The notes: generated by a model from the sequence alone, not told the origin. A stretch of 60,938 nt of DNA, filler included, from 6 parts of 6 records of this genome joined end to end with filler, not necessarily neighbours in it, one strand, 5' to 3'. Positions 32,176-43,737 are shown, counted from the first letter of the whole stretch. A program made the numbers and translations.

Positions 32176-32481
32176 ATGGCAAAAAAATCAATGATTGCTA
32201 GAGAGCATAAAAGAATCAAGATGGTTGCAAAATATGCAGAAAAAAGAGCTGCTTTAAAGACAATTATGAATGATGAAAATGCTAGTAGTGAAGAAAGATA
32301 TGAAGCATCAATAAAGTTTCAAAAACTTCCAAGAAATTCTAGTCCATCAAGAGTTGTAAGAAGATGTCAGGTAACTGGTAGACCTCATGCAGTGTATAGA
32401 AAGTTTGGCCTTAGCAGGATCAAGCTTAGAGAAGCAGCAATGAGAGGAGACATACCTGGTTTAGTTAAATCAAGTTGGTAA
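32176..32481 (+). CDS. rpsN: 30S ribosomal protein S14 (101-aa Zn-free type)
   Basis: MAKKSM, RCQVTGR and PGLVKSSW motifs. Confidence 0.98.
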   Translation: MAKKSMIAREHKRIKMVAKYAEKRAALKTIMNDENASSEERYEASIKFQKLPRNSSPSRVVRRCQVTGRPHAVYRKFGLSRIKLREAAMRGDIPGLVKSSW

Positions 32482-32488
32482 AAATAAT

Positions 32489-32884
32489 ATGAGTTTTCAA
32501 GATCCTATAGCAGATTGTTTAACAAGAATTCGTAATGGTCTAATGCGCGGCAAGGTTGACGTAGTAGTTCCTTATTCAAAGCTTAAACACGAGCTAGTAA
32601 ACGTTTTAGTAACAGAAGGTTATATAAAAAGTTGTTCAAAAACTGACGTTGATGGTAAACCATTTATCAATGTTGTCTTGAAATATCACAACTCAGCCCC
32701 TGTGATCAAGACTATTAAAAGAATTAGTAAGCCAAGTTTAAGAAAATATTCTGCCTCGAATGATCTTAAGTCAGTAAAGAATGGATTAGGAGCATATATT
32801 GTTTCCACTAACCAAGGCCTAATGACAGATAAAGATGCTAAATCTAAAAATGTTGGTGGTGAAATTTTGTGTGAGGTATTTTAA
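32489..32884 (+). CDS. rpsH: 30S ribosomal protein S8
   Basis: DPIADCLTRIRN, RISKP and GGE motifs. Confidence 0.98.
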   Translation: MSFQDPIADCLTRIRNGLMRGKVDVVVPYSKLKHELVNVLVTEGYIKSCSKTDVDGKPFINVVLKYHNSAPVIKTIKRISKPSLRKYSASNDLKSVKNGLGAYIVSTNQGLMTDKDAKSKNVGGEILCEVF

Positions 32885-32885
32885 T

Positions 32886-33428
32886 ATGTCTAGAGTAGCA
32901 AAGAATCCTATCGAAATAGTTGATGGCGTTACTGTTAATGTCACTGACTCTTTAATTGAAGTCAAAGGTAAAGTCGGCGAGATAACATTTGATCTTCCAG
33001 AAACTGTTTCACTTGAAGTGTCAGATAATATTATTAATGTTAAATATGACGAAGAGAATCAGCAGTCTGTTGCTTTAGCTGGAACTACAAGAGCTATTGT
33101 TAACAATATGGTTATTGGGGTATCTCAAGGTTTTGAAAAGAAATTAGAGCTTAAAGGGGTTGGTTATAGAGCTAAAGCTTCTGGGAAACTTCTTGAATTA
33201 ACTCTTGGTTTTTCTCATCCTGTTAAGTACCAATTACCTGAAGAGGTTCAAGTGGAAACTCCTTCTCAAACAGAAGTTGTTCTCAAAAGCCATAATAAAC
33301 AGATTTTAGGACAAGCTGCTGCTGAGATTAGAGCATTTAGACCTCCAGAGCCATACAAGGGCAAGGGAGTTAGATACTCTGACGAAAACGTAAGAAGAAA
33401 AGAAGCGAAGAAAGCTGCTGGAGCATAA
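32886..33428 (+). CDS. rplF: 50S ribosomal protein L6
   Basis: MSRVAK, GVGYRA and PEPYKGKG motifs; start at 32886. Confidence 0.98.
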   Translation: MSRVAKNPIEIVDGVTVNVTDSLIEVKGKVGEITFDLPETVSLEVSDNIINVKYDEENQQSVALAGTTRAIVNNMVIGVSQGFEKKLELKGVGYRAKASGKLLELTLGFSHPVKYQLPEEVQVETPSQTEVVLKSHNKQILGQAAAEIRAFRPPEPYKGKGVRYSDENVRRKEAKKAAGA

Positions 33429-33430
33429 AA

Positions 33431-33778
33431 ATGAGTATTAAAAATTTATCAAGAATAAGAAGAGCTAAGAAAACAAGAATGAATATTAAGGATCAAGAAA
33501 ATCCTAGGTTAACTGTATTTAGATCATCTAAACACTTTTATGCTCAAATTTTTGATAGTTTAGGAACCAAGGTCCTTGCATCAGCATCAACTGTTGAAAA
33601 AGATTCAGATACAAAATCTAATAACGTTGAAGGCGCAGAAGCGGTAGGTAAGAGAGTTGCTGAAAGAGCAATAGAAAATGGAGTCAAAAAAGTTGTTTTT
33701 GATAGATCAGGATATAAATATCATGGCCGAATAAAAGCTTTAGCAGATTCTGCTAGAAAAGCTGGACTGGAGTTTTAA
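33431..33778 (+). CDS. rplR: 50S ribosomal protein L18
   Basis: PRLTVFRS and FDRSGYKYHGR motifs. Confidence 0.98.
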   Translation: MSIKNLSRIRRAKKTRMNIKDQENPRLTVFRSSKHFYAQIFDSLGTKVLASASTVEKDSDTKSNNVEGAEAVGKRVAERAIENGVKKVVFDRSGYKYHGRIKALADSARKAGLEF

Positions 33779-33785
33779 TTAAATT

Positions 33786-34295
33786 ATGAAAGATAATAAT
33801 GTAGCAAACAATCAACAAGTAGATGCTCTTGAGGAAAAGTTAGTTCAAGTAAATAGAGTAGCTAAAGTTGTTAAAGGCGGAAGGATTTTTGGTTTCACAG
33901 CACTTACTGTTGTTGGTGACGGCAATGGAAGAGTTGGCTTTGGAAGAGGTAAGGCAAAAGAAGTGCCTATTGCAATTCAAAAAGCTATGGAAAATGCAAG
34001 AAGAAGCATGGTGGAAGTCGAACTAAATAATACGACTCTTTGGTATCCAGTTAAAGCAAAACATGGATCAGCAAATGTTTATATGCAACCAGCTTCAGAG
34101 GGTACTGGAATCATTGCTGGCGGCGCTATGAGAGCTGTTCTTGAATTGGCTGGAGTTCAAAATGTCCTGGCTAAATGTTATGGGTCTACAAACCCAGTAA
34201 ATGTTGTTAGAGCTACTATTAACGCTTTAAGTGCAATGGAATCTCCAGAGACTGTTGCTGCAAGAAGAGGAAAAAAGGTTGAGCAAGCATCATGA
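33786..34295 (+). CDS. rpsE: 30S ribosomal protein S5
   Basis: [10 protein letters not shown] and GTGIIAGG motifs. Confidence 0.98.
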   Translation: MKDNNVANNQQVDALEEKLVQVNRVAKVVKGGRIFGFTALTVVGDGNGRVGFGRGKAKEVPIAIQKAMENARRSMVEVELNNTTLWYPVKAKHGSANVYMQPASEGTGIIAGGAMRAVLELAGVQNVLAKCYGSTNPVNVVRATINALSAMESPETVAARRGKKVEQAS

Positions 34296-34480
34296 ATAAA
34301 GAAAAAACAATGACATTAAAACTGGTTAAAAGTGGAATTGGTAGAATGAAAAGACACAAGCTATGTATAAAAGGGTTGGGTTTCAAGAAACTCAATCAAA
34401 CAGTTACAGTTTTAGATACTCCAAGCAACCGTGGATTAGTTAACAAGATATCTGACATGATTGAGATTCAGGAAAATTAA
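34292..34480 (+). CDS. rpmD: 50S ribosomal protein L30
   Basis: LVKSGIGR and DTPSNRG motifs; operon position. Confidence 0.95.
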   Translation: MNKEKTMTLKLVKSGIGRMKRHKLCIKGLGFKKLNQTVTVLDTPSNRGLVNKISDMIEIQEN

Positions 34481-34481
34481 G

Positions 34482-34985
34482 ATGAGCGAAAATGATACAA
34501 ACATAATGACACTTAATAGTCTAACCAATCAGGGAACTGCTCAAAATAGAAAAAGAGTTGGAAGAGGCATGGGTTCAGGCACTGGTAAGACTGCTGGAAG
34601 AGGCCATAAAGGACAAAAATCAAGAACTGGTGGTGGAGTAAGGCCTGGTTTTGAGGGTGGACAGATGCCGTTGCAAATGAGATTGCCAAAATTTGGTTTT
34701 TCATCTAGGAAAAATAATCATTTAAAAGAAGTTAATGTTAAGAATATTGATGGTCTAGATATAGTTACTATCGAAACACTAAAAGAGAAAAAAATTATTT
34801 CTAAAGCAGTTAAAAAAGTTAAAATTTTTGGCACTTTTGACCTTACATCAAAGGTAAATGTTGAAGGTATCAAGGTTACCAAAGGTGCTAAGGCATCCAT
34901 TGAAAAAGCTGGTGGAACTATTGCTGAGTTAAAAGAAAAAACTGAACTAAAAAAGTTTGAGAAAAAAGATAAGGAATCTAAGTAA
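34482..34985 (+). CDS. rplO: 50S ribosomal protein L15
   Basis: RVGRGMGSG, GRGHKGQKSR and FEGGQMP motifs; start at 34482 or 34506. Confidence 0.97.
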   Translation: MSENDTNIMTLNSLTNQGTAQNRKRVGRGMGSGTGKTAGRGHKGQKSRTGGGVRPGFEGGQMPLQMRLPKFGFSSRKNNHLKEVNVKNIDGLDIVTIETLKEKKIISKAVKKVKIFGTFDLTSKVNVEGIKVTKGAKASIEKAGGTIAELKEKTELKKFEKKDKESK

Positions 34986-34988
34986 GAT

Positions 34989-35766
34989 ATGGCTGATCAG
35001 GGACAGGGCATGAGTGATCTTTGGAAAAGATTACGATTTGTATTTGTTGCAATTCTTGTTTATAGAATTGGAACTCATATTCCTATTCCTGGAATAGACC
35101 CAGATAGACTTGCTGCTTTGTTTGATCAAAATCAAGGCACTATAATTGAGATGTTTAATCTCTTTTCAGGAGGTGCTCTGGAAAGAATGAGTATCTTTGC
35201 ACTTAATGTGGTTCCTTACATATCATCAGCAATTATTATGCAATTGTTTTCTAATTCAATTCCATACCTTCAAGAGCTCAAGAAAGATGGTCAAGCTGGT
35301 AGAAATACTATTACTCAATATACGCGTTATGGAACAGCAGTTCTTGCATTCATTCAAGCATCAGCATTAGCAGTAACATTATCTGCAAGTGGTTTAGCAT
35401 ATACACCAGGGCCATCATTTTTTATTTCAGCAGTATTCTCTGTTGTTGCTGGAACTATGTTTTTAATGTGGTTAGGTGAACAGGTTTCTGAAAGAGGTAT
35501 CGGTAATGGAATATCCATTATTATTGCTACAAGTATTTTAACTGGAATACCAGGAGCAATTGGGCAAGCGCTTGAGCAATCAAGACAAGGCGACATAAGT
35601 GTACTTCTTCTTATAGCTATTGGTCTTTTATCAATGGCAGTTATAGCTGTTGTTGTATTTATTGAAAGAGGCCAAAGAAGAATTACTGTTAATTATGCAC
35701 AAAGGCAGCAAGGCAGAAAATTAATGCAAGCCCAAACAAGTCATCTTCCATTTAAAGTTAATATGG
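34989..35766 (+). CDS. secY: Preprotein translocase SecY (3'-truncated)
   Basis: SIFALNVVPYISSAIIMQL and WLGEQVSERGIGNG motifs. Confidence 0.98.
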
Positions 35767-35866
35767 NNNNNNNNNNNNNNNNNNNNNNNNNNNNNNNNNN
35801 NNNNNNNNNNTTAATTAATTAANNNNNNNNNNNNNNNNNNNNNNNNNNNNNNNNNNNNNNNNNNNN
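35767..35866. other. Artificial contig linker
   Basis: N44-TTAATTAATTAA-N44. Confidence 0.98.
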
Positions 35867-37029
35867 AAACACACTAAAAAAGTAAAGAAATTCAAAACAA
35901 ATACATAATCGATAGACAAATATACTGGAACCTCATAGGTATAATATATTTCTGGATCAAGCTTTACTAAACTGAACTTTTTTTGAATTAAAAGGAAACC
36001 CAACCCGACTACGTTTCCTATTAATAAACCCAAAAAAATTATATAAGAAACAATGATGAGAAAAACTTTTTTAATAGTACTATTCTCAGCCCCCATTGAT
36101 TTTAAAATACCAATCATGTTTGTTCTCTCTAAGATTAAGACTAGTAGGACACTAATTATATTTATTGAGCAAACCAATATCATTATGAATAAAATAGCTA
36201 ATATGTTTTTATCAAATATTTGTATCCAATCAAATATTGAAGAATATTTTTGTTTGATATTTATAGAATTATAATTTGATGGTGTAGAGCTGTAAATCAT
36301 TTTTGAAGTCTCTTCAATTAGATTAAAGTCATCAATAAAAATTTCCAATTCGCCAGATTGATTATCATTCCATTTGTTTATCCTTCTTAAGTGTTTTATA
36401 TCACCAAAAATAATATTTTCATCAATCTCATTAAAGCCAGAATCATACAATCCTACTATATTAAATTTCCTTAAGGTTACATTAGATTCTAAATTTCTAG
36501 AAAAAATCATTTGAAATGAATCATTAATTTTTAAACCTAATTTATTAGACAAATTATCTGAAATGAGCACTTCATTTGAAATTGTAGATGAAATATTAGG
36601 TATAAATCCACTAATTATATAGTCTGAAATATTATTCCAACTGTAAATACTATCAACACCTTTAAACAAAGCTCCATCAAAATCTTCTGAAGTTCGAATT
36701 ATACCAAATTTTAATGCAATTTGATTTATTGACTCAACATTACTAATAGAATCTAAACCTTGTAACAAACCCTTTGTGATTTTAATAGGATAAATGGATT
36801 CTTCAGAGTTATTTGAGTCAAAATTTGTGATTTTTATATGTCCATTAAAAGCTGATACTTTATCTCTTATTTCATTTTGCAATCCGATTCCTGTTGATAT
36901 AGACACAAGCATCACAATTACTGATAATGCAATTGCTACAATTCCAATTTTTATTATTGGAGCTGATATACTACTTTTATAAGCTTTAGTACTTATAATT
37001 CGTTTGGCCAAGAAAAATTCAAATTTCAA
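35867..37029 (-). CDS. LolC/E-type ABC transporter permease (3'-truncated)
   Basis: FFLAKR and LILERTNMIGILKSMGA motifs; MacB/FtsX-type architecture. Confidence 0.88.
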
Positions 37030-37037
37030 AATTAATT

Positions 37038-38279
37038 ATGCTTAAAAGAAGTTTATTTTTTATTTTTTCAATAATAACTATTAACACATCTTGTGGTAAT
37101 GAAAAAATTATTGACAATAACAAAACTACAAATAAAATAATTGTTGGAGCTGAGAGAATTAACGAATACAAATCGTTAATAACAGCAAAGAAAATTGGAA
37201 TAGTTGCTAATCACACTTCTGTAATATTTAAATCGTCAAATAAGTCTAAAAGCAAATTATTAGCAAATGAATATATTGACTATACTCACATAGTTGATTC
37301 GCTTTTGAAATTAAATATTGAAATAAAAAAAATATTTACACCTGAGCATGGATATAAGGGTGAAAAGCCAAATGGAGCCAATATTTCAGATGATGTTGAT
37401 AAAAAAACAGGTTTAGAAATAATTTCTTTACATGGAAAAAAAAGAAAATATGGTGAATTATCAAATAAAGATTTAGAAGAGATTGAGATAATGATTTTTG
37501 ATATTCAAGATGTAGGTGTTAGATTCTACACGCACATATCTACCTTGCATTACGTCATGAAAGCGTGTGCTCAAAACAACATCCCTTTACTAGTTTTAGA
37601 TCGTCCTAATCCAAATATTCATTATGTAGATGGACCGGTTTTAGAATCAGAAAATAAAAGTTTTGTTGGTATGCACAATGTACCTATAGTATATGGTATG
37701 ACAATTGGTGAATATGCAAATATGATTAATGGAGAAAATTGGTTAGGAAATGATTTAAATTGTGAATTAAAAATAATTAAAATAAAAAACTATGATAGAA
37801 AATCTAATTATAGTTTGCCTATAAAACCATCACCAAATCTACCAAATGACAAATCAATAAATTTATATCCTAGTTTATGTTTATTTGAGGGTACAAACGT
37901 CAGTGTTGGAAGAGGAACTAATGAACAATTTACCATATATGGCAGTCCTTTTTTAGATGCCAAAATATACAAATATAGATTTAAACCAAAACCTAATTCT
38001 GGGTCAAGTAGTCCAAAAAACAATGGTTTAGTTTGTTTTGGAGAACAACTAAAATCTATAAAAGATTTGAATAGAATAGAGCTTAAATACTTAATTAATA
38101 GTTATAATAACAGTTCAAATAAAGATGATTTTTTTAATTCTTTTTTTGTAAAGCTATCGGGCACTAAAAAATTAAAAGAACAAATCATCAATAATTGGTC
38201 AGAAAATGAAATAAGATCTTCCTGGACATATGAATTAAATGATTTTAAAAAAATAAGAAAAAAATACTTACTATATTAA
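37038..38279 (+). CDS. DUF1343 / exo-beta-N-acetylmuramidase NamZ family lipoprotein
   Basis: FTPEHG, FDIQDVGVRFYT, DRPNP and SVGRGT motifs; lipobox-like TSC. Confidence 0.9.
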   Translation: MLKRSLFFIFSIITINTSCGNEKIIDNNKTTNKIIVGAERINEYKSLITAKKIGIVANHTSVIFKSSNKSKSKLLANEYIDYTHIVDSLLKLNIEIKKIFTPEHGYKGEKPNGANISDDVDKKTGLEIISLHGKKRKYGELSNKDLEEIEIMIFDIQDVGVRFYTHISTLHYVMKACAQNNIPLLVLDRPNPNIHYVDGPVLESENKSFVGMHNVPIVYGMTIGEYANMINGENWLGNDLNCELKIIKIKNYDRKSNYSLPIKPSPNLPNDKSINLYPSLCLFEGTNVSVGRGTNEQFTIYGSPFLDAKIYKYRFKPKPNSGSSSPKNNGLVCFGEQLKSIKDLNRIELKYLINSYNNSSNKDDFFNSFFVKLSGTKKLKEQIINNWSENEIRSSWTYELNDFKKIRKKYLLY

Positions 38280-38773
38280 GTTCTCTTTAGTGCAATCTTA
38301 AGCTTCTCAACAATATTAAAAGCAGCTGGACAAATTTCAATATTCTTCATAGTAATTTGAGAAATTTTATGAAAATCTTTTCTGTTAGTATGGGGATATT
38401 CGCGACATGCTTTAGGTCTATATTCATAAATATAACATGAGTTATCATCATTTAAAAAAACACAAGGGGATTTTTTAAGTACATAATCATTGTCAGAATC
38501 AATTATTAAATATCTTGAAATAAATTCATCAACTTTAAGTCGTAAATGCTTAGAAATACTTATAATATCTTTAGATGTAAAAATTGGACTTGTTGTTTTA
38601 CAACAATTTGCACATTCTAAACAATTAGTTTTTGAGAATTCTTCATTATGAAGATCACTCATTAAATAATCAAATTGTTTGGGTTGTTTTTTCTTTAATT
38701 TATTAAAGAAAGAGTTGTTTTCTTTAAAATTAACTTTAGATAACTTTGAAATATTATCGATTTTATCTTTCAT
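38276..38773 (-). CDS. YkgJ family cysteine-cluster protein
   Basis: CLECANCC, CVFL and CYIYEYRPKACREYP motifs. Confidence 0.88.
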   Translation of the reverse strand: MKDKIDNISKLSKVNFKENNSFFNKLKKKQPKQFDYLMSDLHNEEFSKTNCLECANCCKTTSPIFTSKDIISISKHLRLKVDEFISRYLIIDSDNDYVLKKSPCVFLNDDNSCYIYEYRPKACREYPHTNRKDFHKISQITMKNIEICPAAFNIVEKLKIALKRT

Positions 38774-38836
38774 AATTTTATTAGGATTTAAACACCTCTT
38801 TGCTAAAATAATACAATTAAGTATTATATTTATATT

Positions 38837-39541
38837 ATGGGTTCAAGCATATTAAGCATACAAGAAGTTTCAATATTTCAACAAGATGAAACAATTTTTG
38901 AAAATATTAATATCAACATTAATAAAGGTGATTTTATATATCTAATTGGAAAAACTGGATCAGGGAAAAGTAGTTTAATAAAGACTATTTATGCAGATTT
39001 AGAATTACAAAAAGGAGAAATTTCTGTAGGTGGCTTTACACTTAAAAATTTAAAAGAAAATAAAATACCTTTTTTGAGAAGAAAACTTGGAATAGTCTTT
39101 CAAGATTTCAATCTTTTACAAGACAGGTCAGTTTTTGACAATTTAAAATTTGTTCTTCAAGCTACCGAGTGGAAAAACAAAAGAAAAATTGAAGATAGAA
39201 TTTATGAAGTTTTAGAAATTATTAATATTAAAGATTTGACTCACAAGTTTCCACATCAATTATCAGGAGGTCAAAAACAAAAAGTTGCAATATCTAGAGC
39301 ACTATTAAATAATCCTGATTTAATTATAGCAGATGAACCAACAGGAAATTTAGATCCTAAAACAAGTCTAGAAATCATGCAACTTCTGTTAGATTTAAAT
39401 AAAAAAGGAAATACTATTCTCATGGCAACACATGATTTTATATTAATTAAACAGTTTCCACATAAAACACTACTTTGCAACAATAAATCTATACGTAGCA
39501 TTGATGTAACTGGGATGAGTATTGAAAATATTTACGAATGA
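38837..39541 (+). CDS. ftsE: FtsE-like ABC ATPase
   Basis: GKTGSGKS, LRRKLGIVFQDF, LSGG and ADEPTGNLD motifs. Confidence 0.85.
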   Translation: MGSSILSIQEVSIFQQDETIFENINININKGDFIYLIGKTGSGKSSLIKTIYADLELQKGEISVGGFTLKNLKENKIPFLRRKLGIVFQDFNLLQDRSVFDNLKFVLQATEWKNKRKIEDRIYEVLEIINIKDLTHKFPHQLSGGQKQKVAISRALLNNPDLIIADEPTGNLDPKTSLEIMQLLLDLNKKGNTILMATHDFILIKQFPHKTLLCNNKSIRSIDVTGMSIENIYE

Positions 39542-40410
39542 TTTCAATTTTAATTCCTTGCTATAACTATAATGCATATGATCTAGTATCTAGACTAGAA
39601 AAAGAGTGTTTAACACTAGGAATTGTTTTCGAAATTATAAGTATAGATGATGCTTCATTTTCTACTTTAAATGAAGTAAATCAAAAGATTAACATGCTTA
39701 CAAATTGTAAATTTTTTGAAAGTAAAAAAAATATTGGACGAGTAGCAAATCGTCAATTACTTTCTCAAAAAGCACAATACAAATGGCTTCTCTATATTGA
39801 TGTTGACGTTAAACCACTGAATGATAATTTTATAAAAGTTTATGTAAATGAAATTAAAAAAGGATTTGAAGTTGTTTTTGGTGGCTTTAATTATAAAAAC
39901 ATTGAATCAAACAACCTAAGATATCTGTTTGGAAAGTCCAGAGAAGATGTTCAAAGTGTTATCAGAAATAAAAATCCATACAAATACATTATTTCTTCAA
40001 ACTTTTTAGTTAAAAAAGTAATTTTTGACAAAATCAATAAAAACATAAATATAAATGGTTACGGAATGGATTATTTTTTTGGGGCATTATTAAAAGAAAA
40101 CTTGGTTTCAATAAATCATATTGATAACGAAGTAACCCATTACGGGCTAGATGATAATTCAAAATTTTTAGCAAAGACTAAAGAGGCTTTAGAAAATTTA
40201 CACTATCTAAATACTAATAAATTGATAAATAAAAATGATATAACTATCTTAAAATATTATAGATTATTTAACTTTTTTGGACTTAAAAAAATAATTTCAA
40301 AGCTAATTAACATCTATTCAAAATCTATTGAATCAAACTTAAAAGGATCAAATCCTAGTTTATTTGTTTTTGACCTATATAGATTATCGTATTTGTGCTC
40401 TTTAAAATAA
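39538..40410 (+). CDS. Glycosyltransferase family 2
   Basis: ISILIPCYN, IDDAS and DVD motifs. Confidence 0.88.
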   Translation: MISILIPCYNYNAYDLVSRLEKECLTLGIVFEIISIDDASFSTLNEVNQKINMLTNCKFFESKKNIGRVANRQLLSQKAQYKWLLYIDVDVKPLNDNFIKVYVNEIKKGFEVVFGGFNYKNIESNNLRYLFGKSREDVQSVIRNKNPYKYIISSNFLVKKVIFDKINKNININGYGMDYFFGALLKENLVSINHIDNEVTHYGLDDNSKFLAKTKEALENLHYLNTNKLINKNDITILKYYRLFNFFGLKKIISKLINIYSKSIESNLKGSNPSLFVFDLYRLSYLCSLK

Positions 40411-40824
40411 TTAGCTCATTTCTTTAAAATCTTGGTAATTTCTTATGTAATCATTTTCATCATAGTCTTCAGATGCCAAAACTAAACAAACTGAATTTTT
40501 AGAAAAATTATTCATTTCTCTCCAAATACCATTTGGAATATAGAGGCCAATGTTAGGACTGTCTAACAATATTTTCTTTGTATTGGAACCGTCATCTAGC
40601 AACAACTCAAAACTTCCGTTGAGGGCTATTAAGACTTGAAATAAATCTTTATGCGCATGTCCTCCACGCTCTCCATTAAATGGAACATCATATAAATAGT
40701 AAACTCTTTTAATAGAAAAAGGAATAATTTCTTTTTCAACAAAGGACAAAGAACCCATACCTTCAGGAGATATTATTTTAGGAATATTGAATTTGTAAAC
40801 ATTTTCTAAACTATTTTTTTTCAT
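40411..40824 (-). CDS. FdtA/QdtA-type dTDP-sugar 3,4-ketoisomerase (cupin)
   Basis: KRVYYLYDVP, RGGHAHK and YDENDYIRNY motifs. Confidence 0.92.
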   Translation of the reverse strand: MKKNSLENVYKFNIPKIISPEGMGSLSFVEKEIIPFSIKRVYYLYDVPFNGERGGHAHKDLFQVLIALNGSFELLLDDGSNTKKILLDSPNIGLYIPNGIWREMNNFSKNSVCLVLASEDYDENDYIRNYQDFKEMS

Positions 40825-41641
40825 TATTTACCTTTATATATTTTATTATTCCCTTAACTCCAACAAAATACTTATTAAAAATTTGACCTAAACTAATATA
40901 TTTAAATTTAAACATTAAATATAAATAGTGGATTAATTTAATAAAAGAAAGAATATTATAATATTTATAAAACAAAGCACCTTTAGCAAATAATATTCTA
41001 TCGCTAGCAACGTCTTTTCCTGAGCTATTAATTGGGTGTGATAAAATTACCTCATTGTGAAAAACAATATTTAGGTTTAATTTTAATGCATTCCTAAGAA
41101 AAACATATTCATCTGCTGTTTGAAATATTGATCCTAATCCAAAGTTTTCATCAAATAAAACTTTATTAGAAATAATAGAATCTCTTCTAAAAGCGATAAC
41201 TACAGAATTAACAAAACTTAAAGATTTTTTGTTATGCTTTTTTATGATTGGATAATCTTTAAAAGAATTACCTTTTAAATCATTCATCTTAAATGTAATT
41301 ATATCTGCACTTGGATTAAGATTAAAAGCATTTAAGATTATAGAATCATAATCATTTTCATAAACAATATCATCATCAGCTAATAAACATATCTCAGATT
41401 TAGCTTTTTCAATTGCCAAATTTCTACTTTTTGATAAACCGGTTTCACTTACATTGACTAAATTAATATTATCAGAATGTGGGCAAGAAAAGTTTATATT
41501 CTGCGTTTGATTAATAATTAATATAGAGTTAGTATGAGTATCATTATTAATAAAAATACTATTTAAAAAATCAAGATTATCTCTGTCTTTTGTTGAGATT
41601 AAGATTTCTAAACTGATATTTTTGTTGTTTACATTACTCAT
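40811..41641 (-). CDS. Glycosyltransferase family 2/A
   Basis: LEILIST, GLSKSRN, ADDD and FDENFGLG motifs. Confidence 0.85.
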   Translation of the reverse strand: MSNVNNKNISLEILISTKDRDNLDFLNSIFINNDTHTNSILIINQTQNINFSCPHSDNINLVNVSETGLSKSRNLAIEKAKSEICLLADDDIVYENDYDSIILNAFNLNPSADIITFKMNDLKGNSFKDYPIIKKHNKKSLSFVNSVVIAFRRDSIISNKVLFDENFGLGSIFQTADEYVFLRNALKLNLNIVFHNEVILSHPINSSGKDVASDRILFAKGALFYKYYNILSFIKLIHYLYLMFKFKYISLGQIFNKYFVGVKGIIKYIKVNNEKK

Positions 41642-41675
41642 TAAAATTATATTTGAAACAAATGTAGATAAATTA

Positions 41676-42833
41676 ATGAAAATTCTTTTAATAGGTGAAT
41701 ATAGTGGACTTCATAATTCTCTAAAAGATGGTCTACAATTAAACGGTCATTCAGTTACTTTATTGGGTACTGGAGATGGATTTAAAAATTACCCGGTGGA
41801 CATAGAAGTTAAATCAACAATTTTTGAGATACCATTTTTGAAATTTCTCGCAAAGATAGTTGACAAGTTACTTAAGGTCAGTCTTAATGACTTTGAATTA
41901 GGATTTAAAGCTTACTTAAAAATAAAAACTTTAAAAGACTTTGACATTGTTCAATTAATAAACGAAAATTCATTTAAAACTACTCCTTGGTTAGAGACAA
42001 TTTTACTTAAAAAAATATTAAAAAATAATAAAAACCTATTTCTTTTATCATGTGGAGTTGATTATATAAGTGTTAAGTATGCATTAGAAAATAAATTTAA
42101 ATATTCGATACTTACCCCTTATTTAAATGATAAATTATTATTAAAAAAATATCGTCACATATTAAAATACAATTCATCAGAGTTTGAAAAACTTCATAGA
42201 TATATTTACAATAATATTAAAGGCGTTATTAGCTCTGATTTAGACTACCATATTCCATTAATTGGAAAAAAAAAGTACTTAGGAATGGTTCCAAATCCAC
42301 TTAACTTAAAAAAATTAAGTTATGATTTCGTAGAAATAGAAGATAAAGTAATAATATTTCATGGAATTAATTCGAAGAACTCAATTAAAAAAGGCAACGA
42401 TTATTTCATTAGAGCAATGAAAATAATTAAAAAAAAATACAAAGAAAGGGTTGAATATATTGAAGTTCAAGACTTAAAATATAGAGACTATATAAAATCT
42501 TATTGTAATTGCCATATTTTTTTAGATCAAGTATATGCCTATGATCAAGGTTACAATGCCTTAGAAGCAATGGCTAAAGGTAAGGTAGTATTTACAGGTG
42601 CAGAAAAAGAGTGGCTAGAGCATTACGGTGGAAGTGAAGATAGCATAGCTATTAATGCATTACCAGAAGTTAATTATTTAGTAGAAAAATTAAGTATCTT
42701 AATTGAAAATCCAGAAAAAATTAGAGATATAAGTATAAATGCTAGAAAATTCATAGAAGATCATCATAGTTACGATGATGTCGCTAACATTTATGAGAGT
42801 AAATGGTTAAAAGCTATTAATTATGAAAAATAA
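41676..42833 (+). CDS. Glycosyltransferase family 4-like
   Basis: MKILLIGEYS and GYNALEAMAKG motifs; start at ATG 41676. Confidence 0.85.
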   Translation: MKILLIGEYSGLHNSLKDGLQLNGHSVTLLGTGDGFKNYPVDIEVKSTIFEIPFLKFLAKIVDKLLKVSLNDFELGFKAYLKIKTLKDFDIVQLINENSFKTTPWLETILLKKILKNNKNLFLLSCGVDYISVKYALENKFKYSILTPYLNDKLLLKKYRHILKYNSSEFEKLHRYIYNNIKGVISSDLDYHIPLIGKKKYLGMVPNPLNLKKLSYDFVEIEDKVIIFHGINSKNSIKKGNDYFIRAMKIIKKKYKERVEYIEVQDLKYRDYIKSYCNCHIFLDQVYAYDQGYNALEAMAKGKVVFTGAEKEWLEHYGGSEDSIAINALPEVNYLVEKLSILIENPEKIRDISINARKFIEDHHSYDDVANIYESKWLKAINYEK

Positions 42834-43731
42834 GTTTCTACCGAATTTATTTATTCCTGGCGCTGCCAAGTCAGGTACTACTACTTTGCACGAACTTTTA
42901 AATTTACACCCAGAAATTTCAATGTCTAAAGTTAAAGAACCGGTATTTTGGAATAATAAAAAATTTGAAAAATATATAGAACAAGATTGGTTAAATTATA
43001 AAAAACTATTTGTTGAAAAATCTAAAATTTATGGCGAATCAACTACTTCGTATATGTATTATAATTCCTTCATAGAAAACATTAATAAAAATTATAAAAA
43101 ATCTCCAAAATTTATTTTTATTTTAAGAAATCCAATTGATAGATATAATTCTCACTTTTGGTGGATGAAAGGTTTAGGCTTAGAAAAAAACAAAATAAAA
43201 AATGTACTAAATATAGAAAGCCAGATCAATTTTGAAGAATATGATTATTATCCGAAAAATTATTTTCAATTTGGTTTATATTCTAAATGGATTCAACGCT
43301 TTATTGATAATTTTGGACTAGAAAACATTAAAGTAATTACTCTTGAAAAGCTGATATCAAATCGACTTGATACAATTAATTCATGTTTTGATTTTTTAGG
43401 ATTAAAAAAACTTGAATCAATTCCAGAAAAAAATTTCAATAAAACAACAAGAATAAAGTATTCATTTTTATATCATTTTATAAGAAAATCTTCAATTGGA
43501 AAAATGAACTACACAAAAATTGGTAAAATATTTTTATCAAATAAATCAATTGATAGAATAAAGAATAAATTGAAAGATATAATAACAAATTGGAAAACAG
43601 AAGAATTCGAATACGAACCTTTACAATCAGAACATAGACACTACTTAAAAGATGCTGGGTATTACAGTGACGTAGAAAAGTTAAAAGAAATTTTTGATTA
43701 CTCATTTAATGAATGGAAAGACTTTAATTAA
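42823..43731 (+). CDS. PAPS-dependent sulfotransferase
   Basis: 5'-PSB motif GAAKSGTT, KEP, and 3'-PB motif LRNPIDRYNS. Confidence 0.9.
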   Translation: MKNKFLPNLFIPGAAKSGTTTLHELLNLHPEISMSKVKEPVFWNNKKFEKYIEQDWLNYKKLFVEKSKIYGESTTSYMYYNSFIENINKNYKKSPKFIFILRNPIDRYNSHFWWMKGLGLEKNKIKNVLNIESQINFEEYDYYPKNYFQFGLYSKWIQRFIDNFGLENIKVITLEKLISNRLDTINSCFDFLGLKKLESIPEKNFNKTTRIKYSFLYHFIRKSSIGKMNYTKIGKIFLSNKSIDRIKNKLKDIITNWKTEEFEYEPLQSEHRHYLKDAGYYSDVEKLKEIFDYSFNEWKDFN

Positions 43732-43737
43732 TTGTAA

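Noticed and set aside
38837-39541. ftsE without an adjacent ftsX
   Set aside because: Unlinked ftsE and ftsX are, to my knowledge, common in Bacteroidota.
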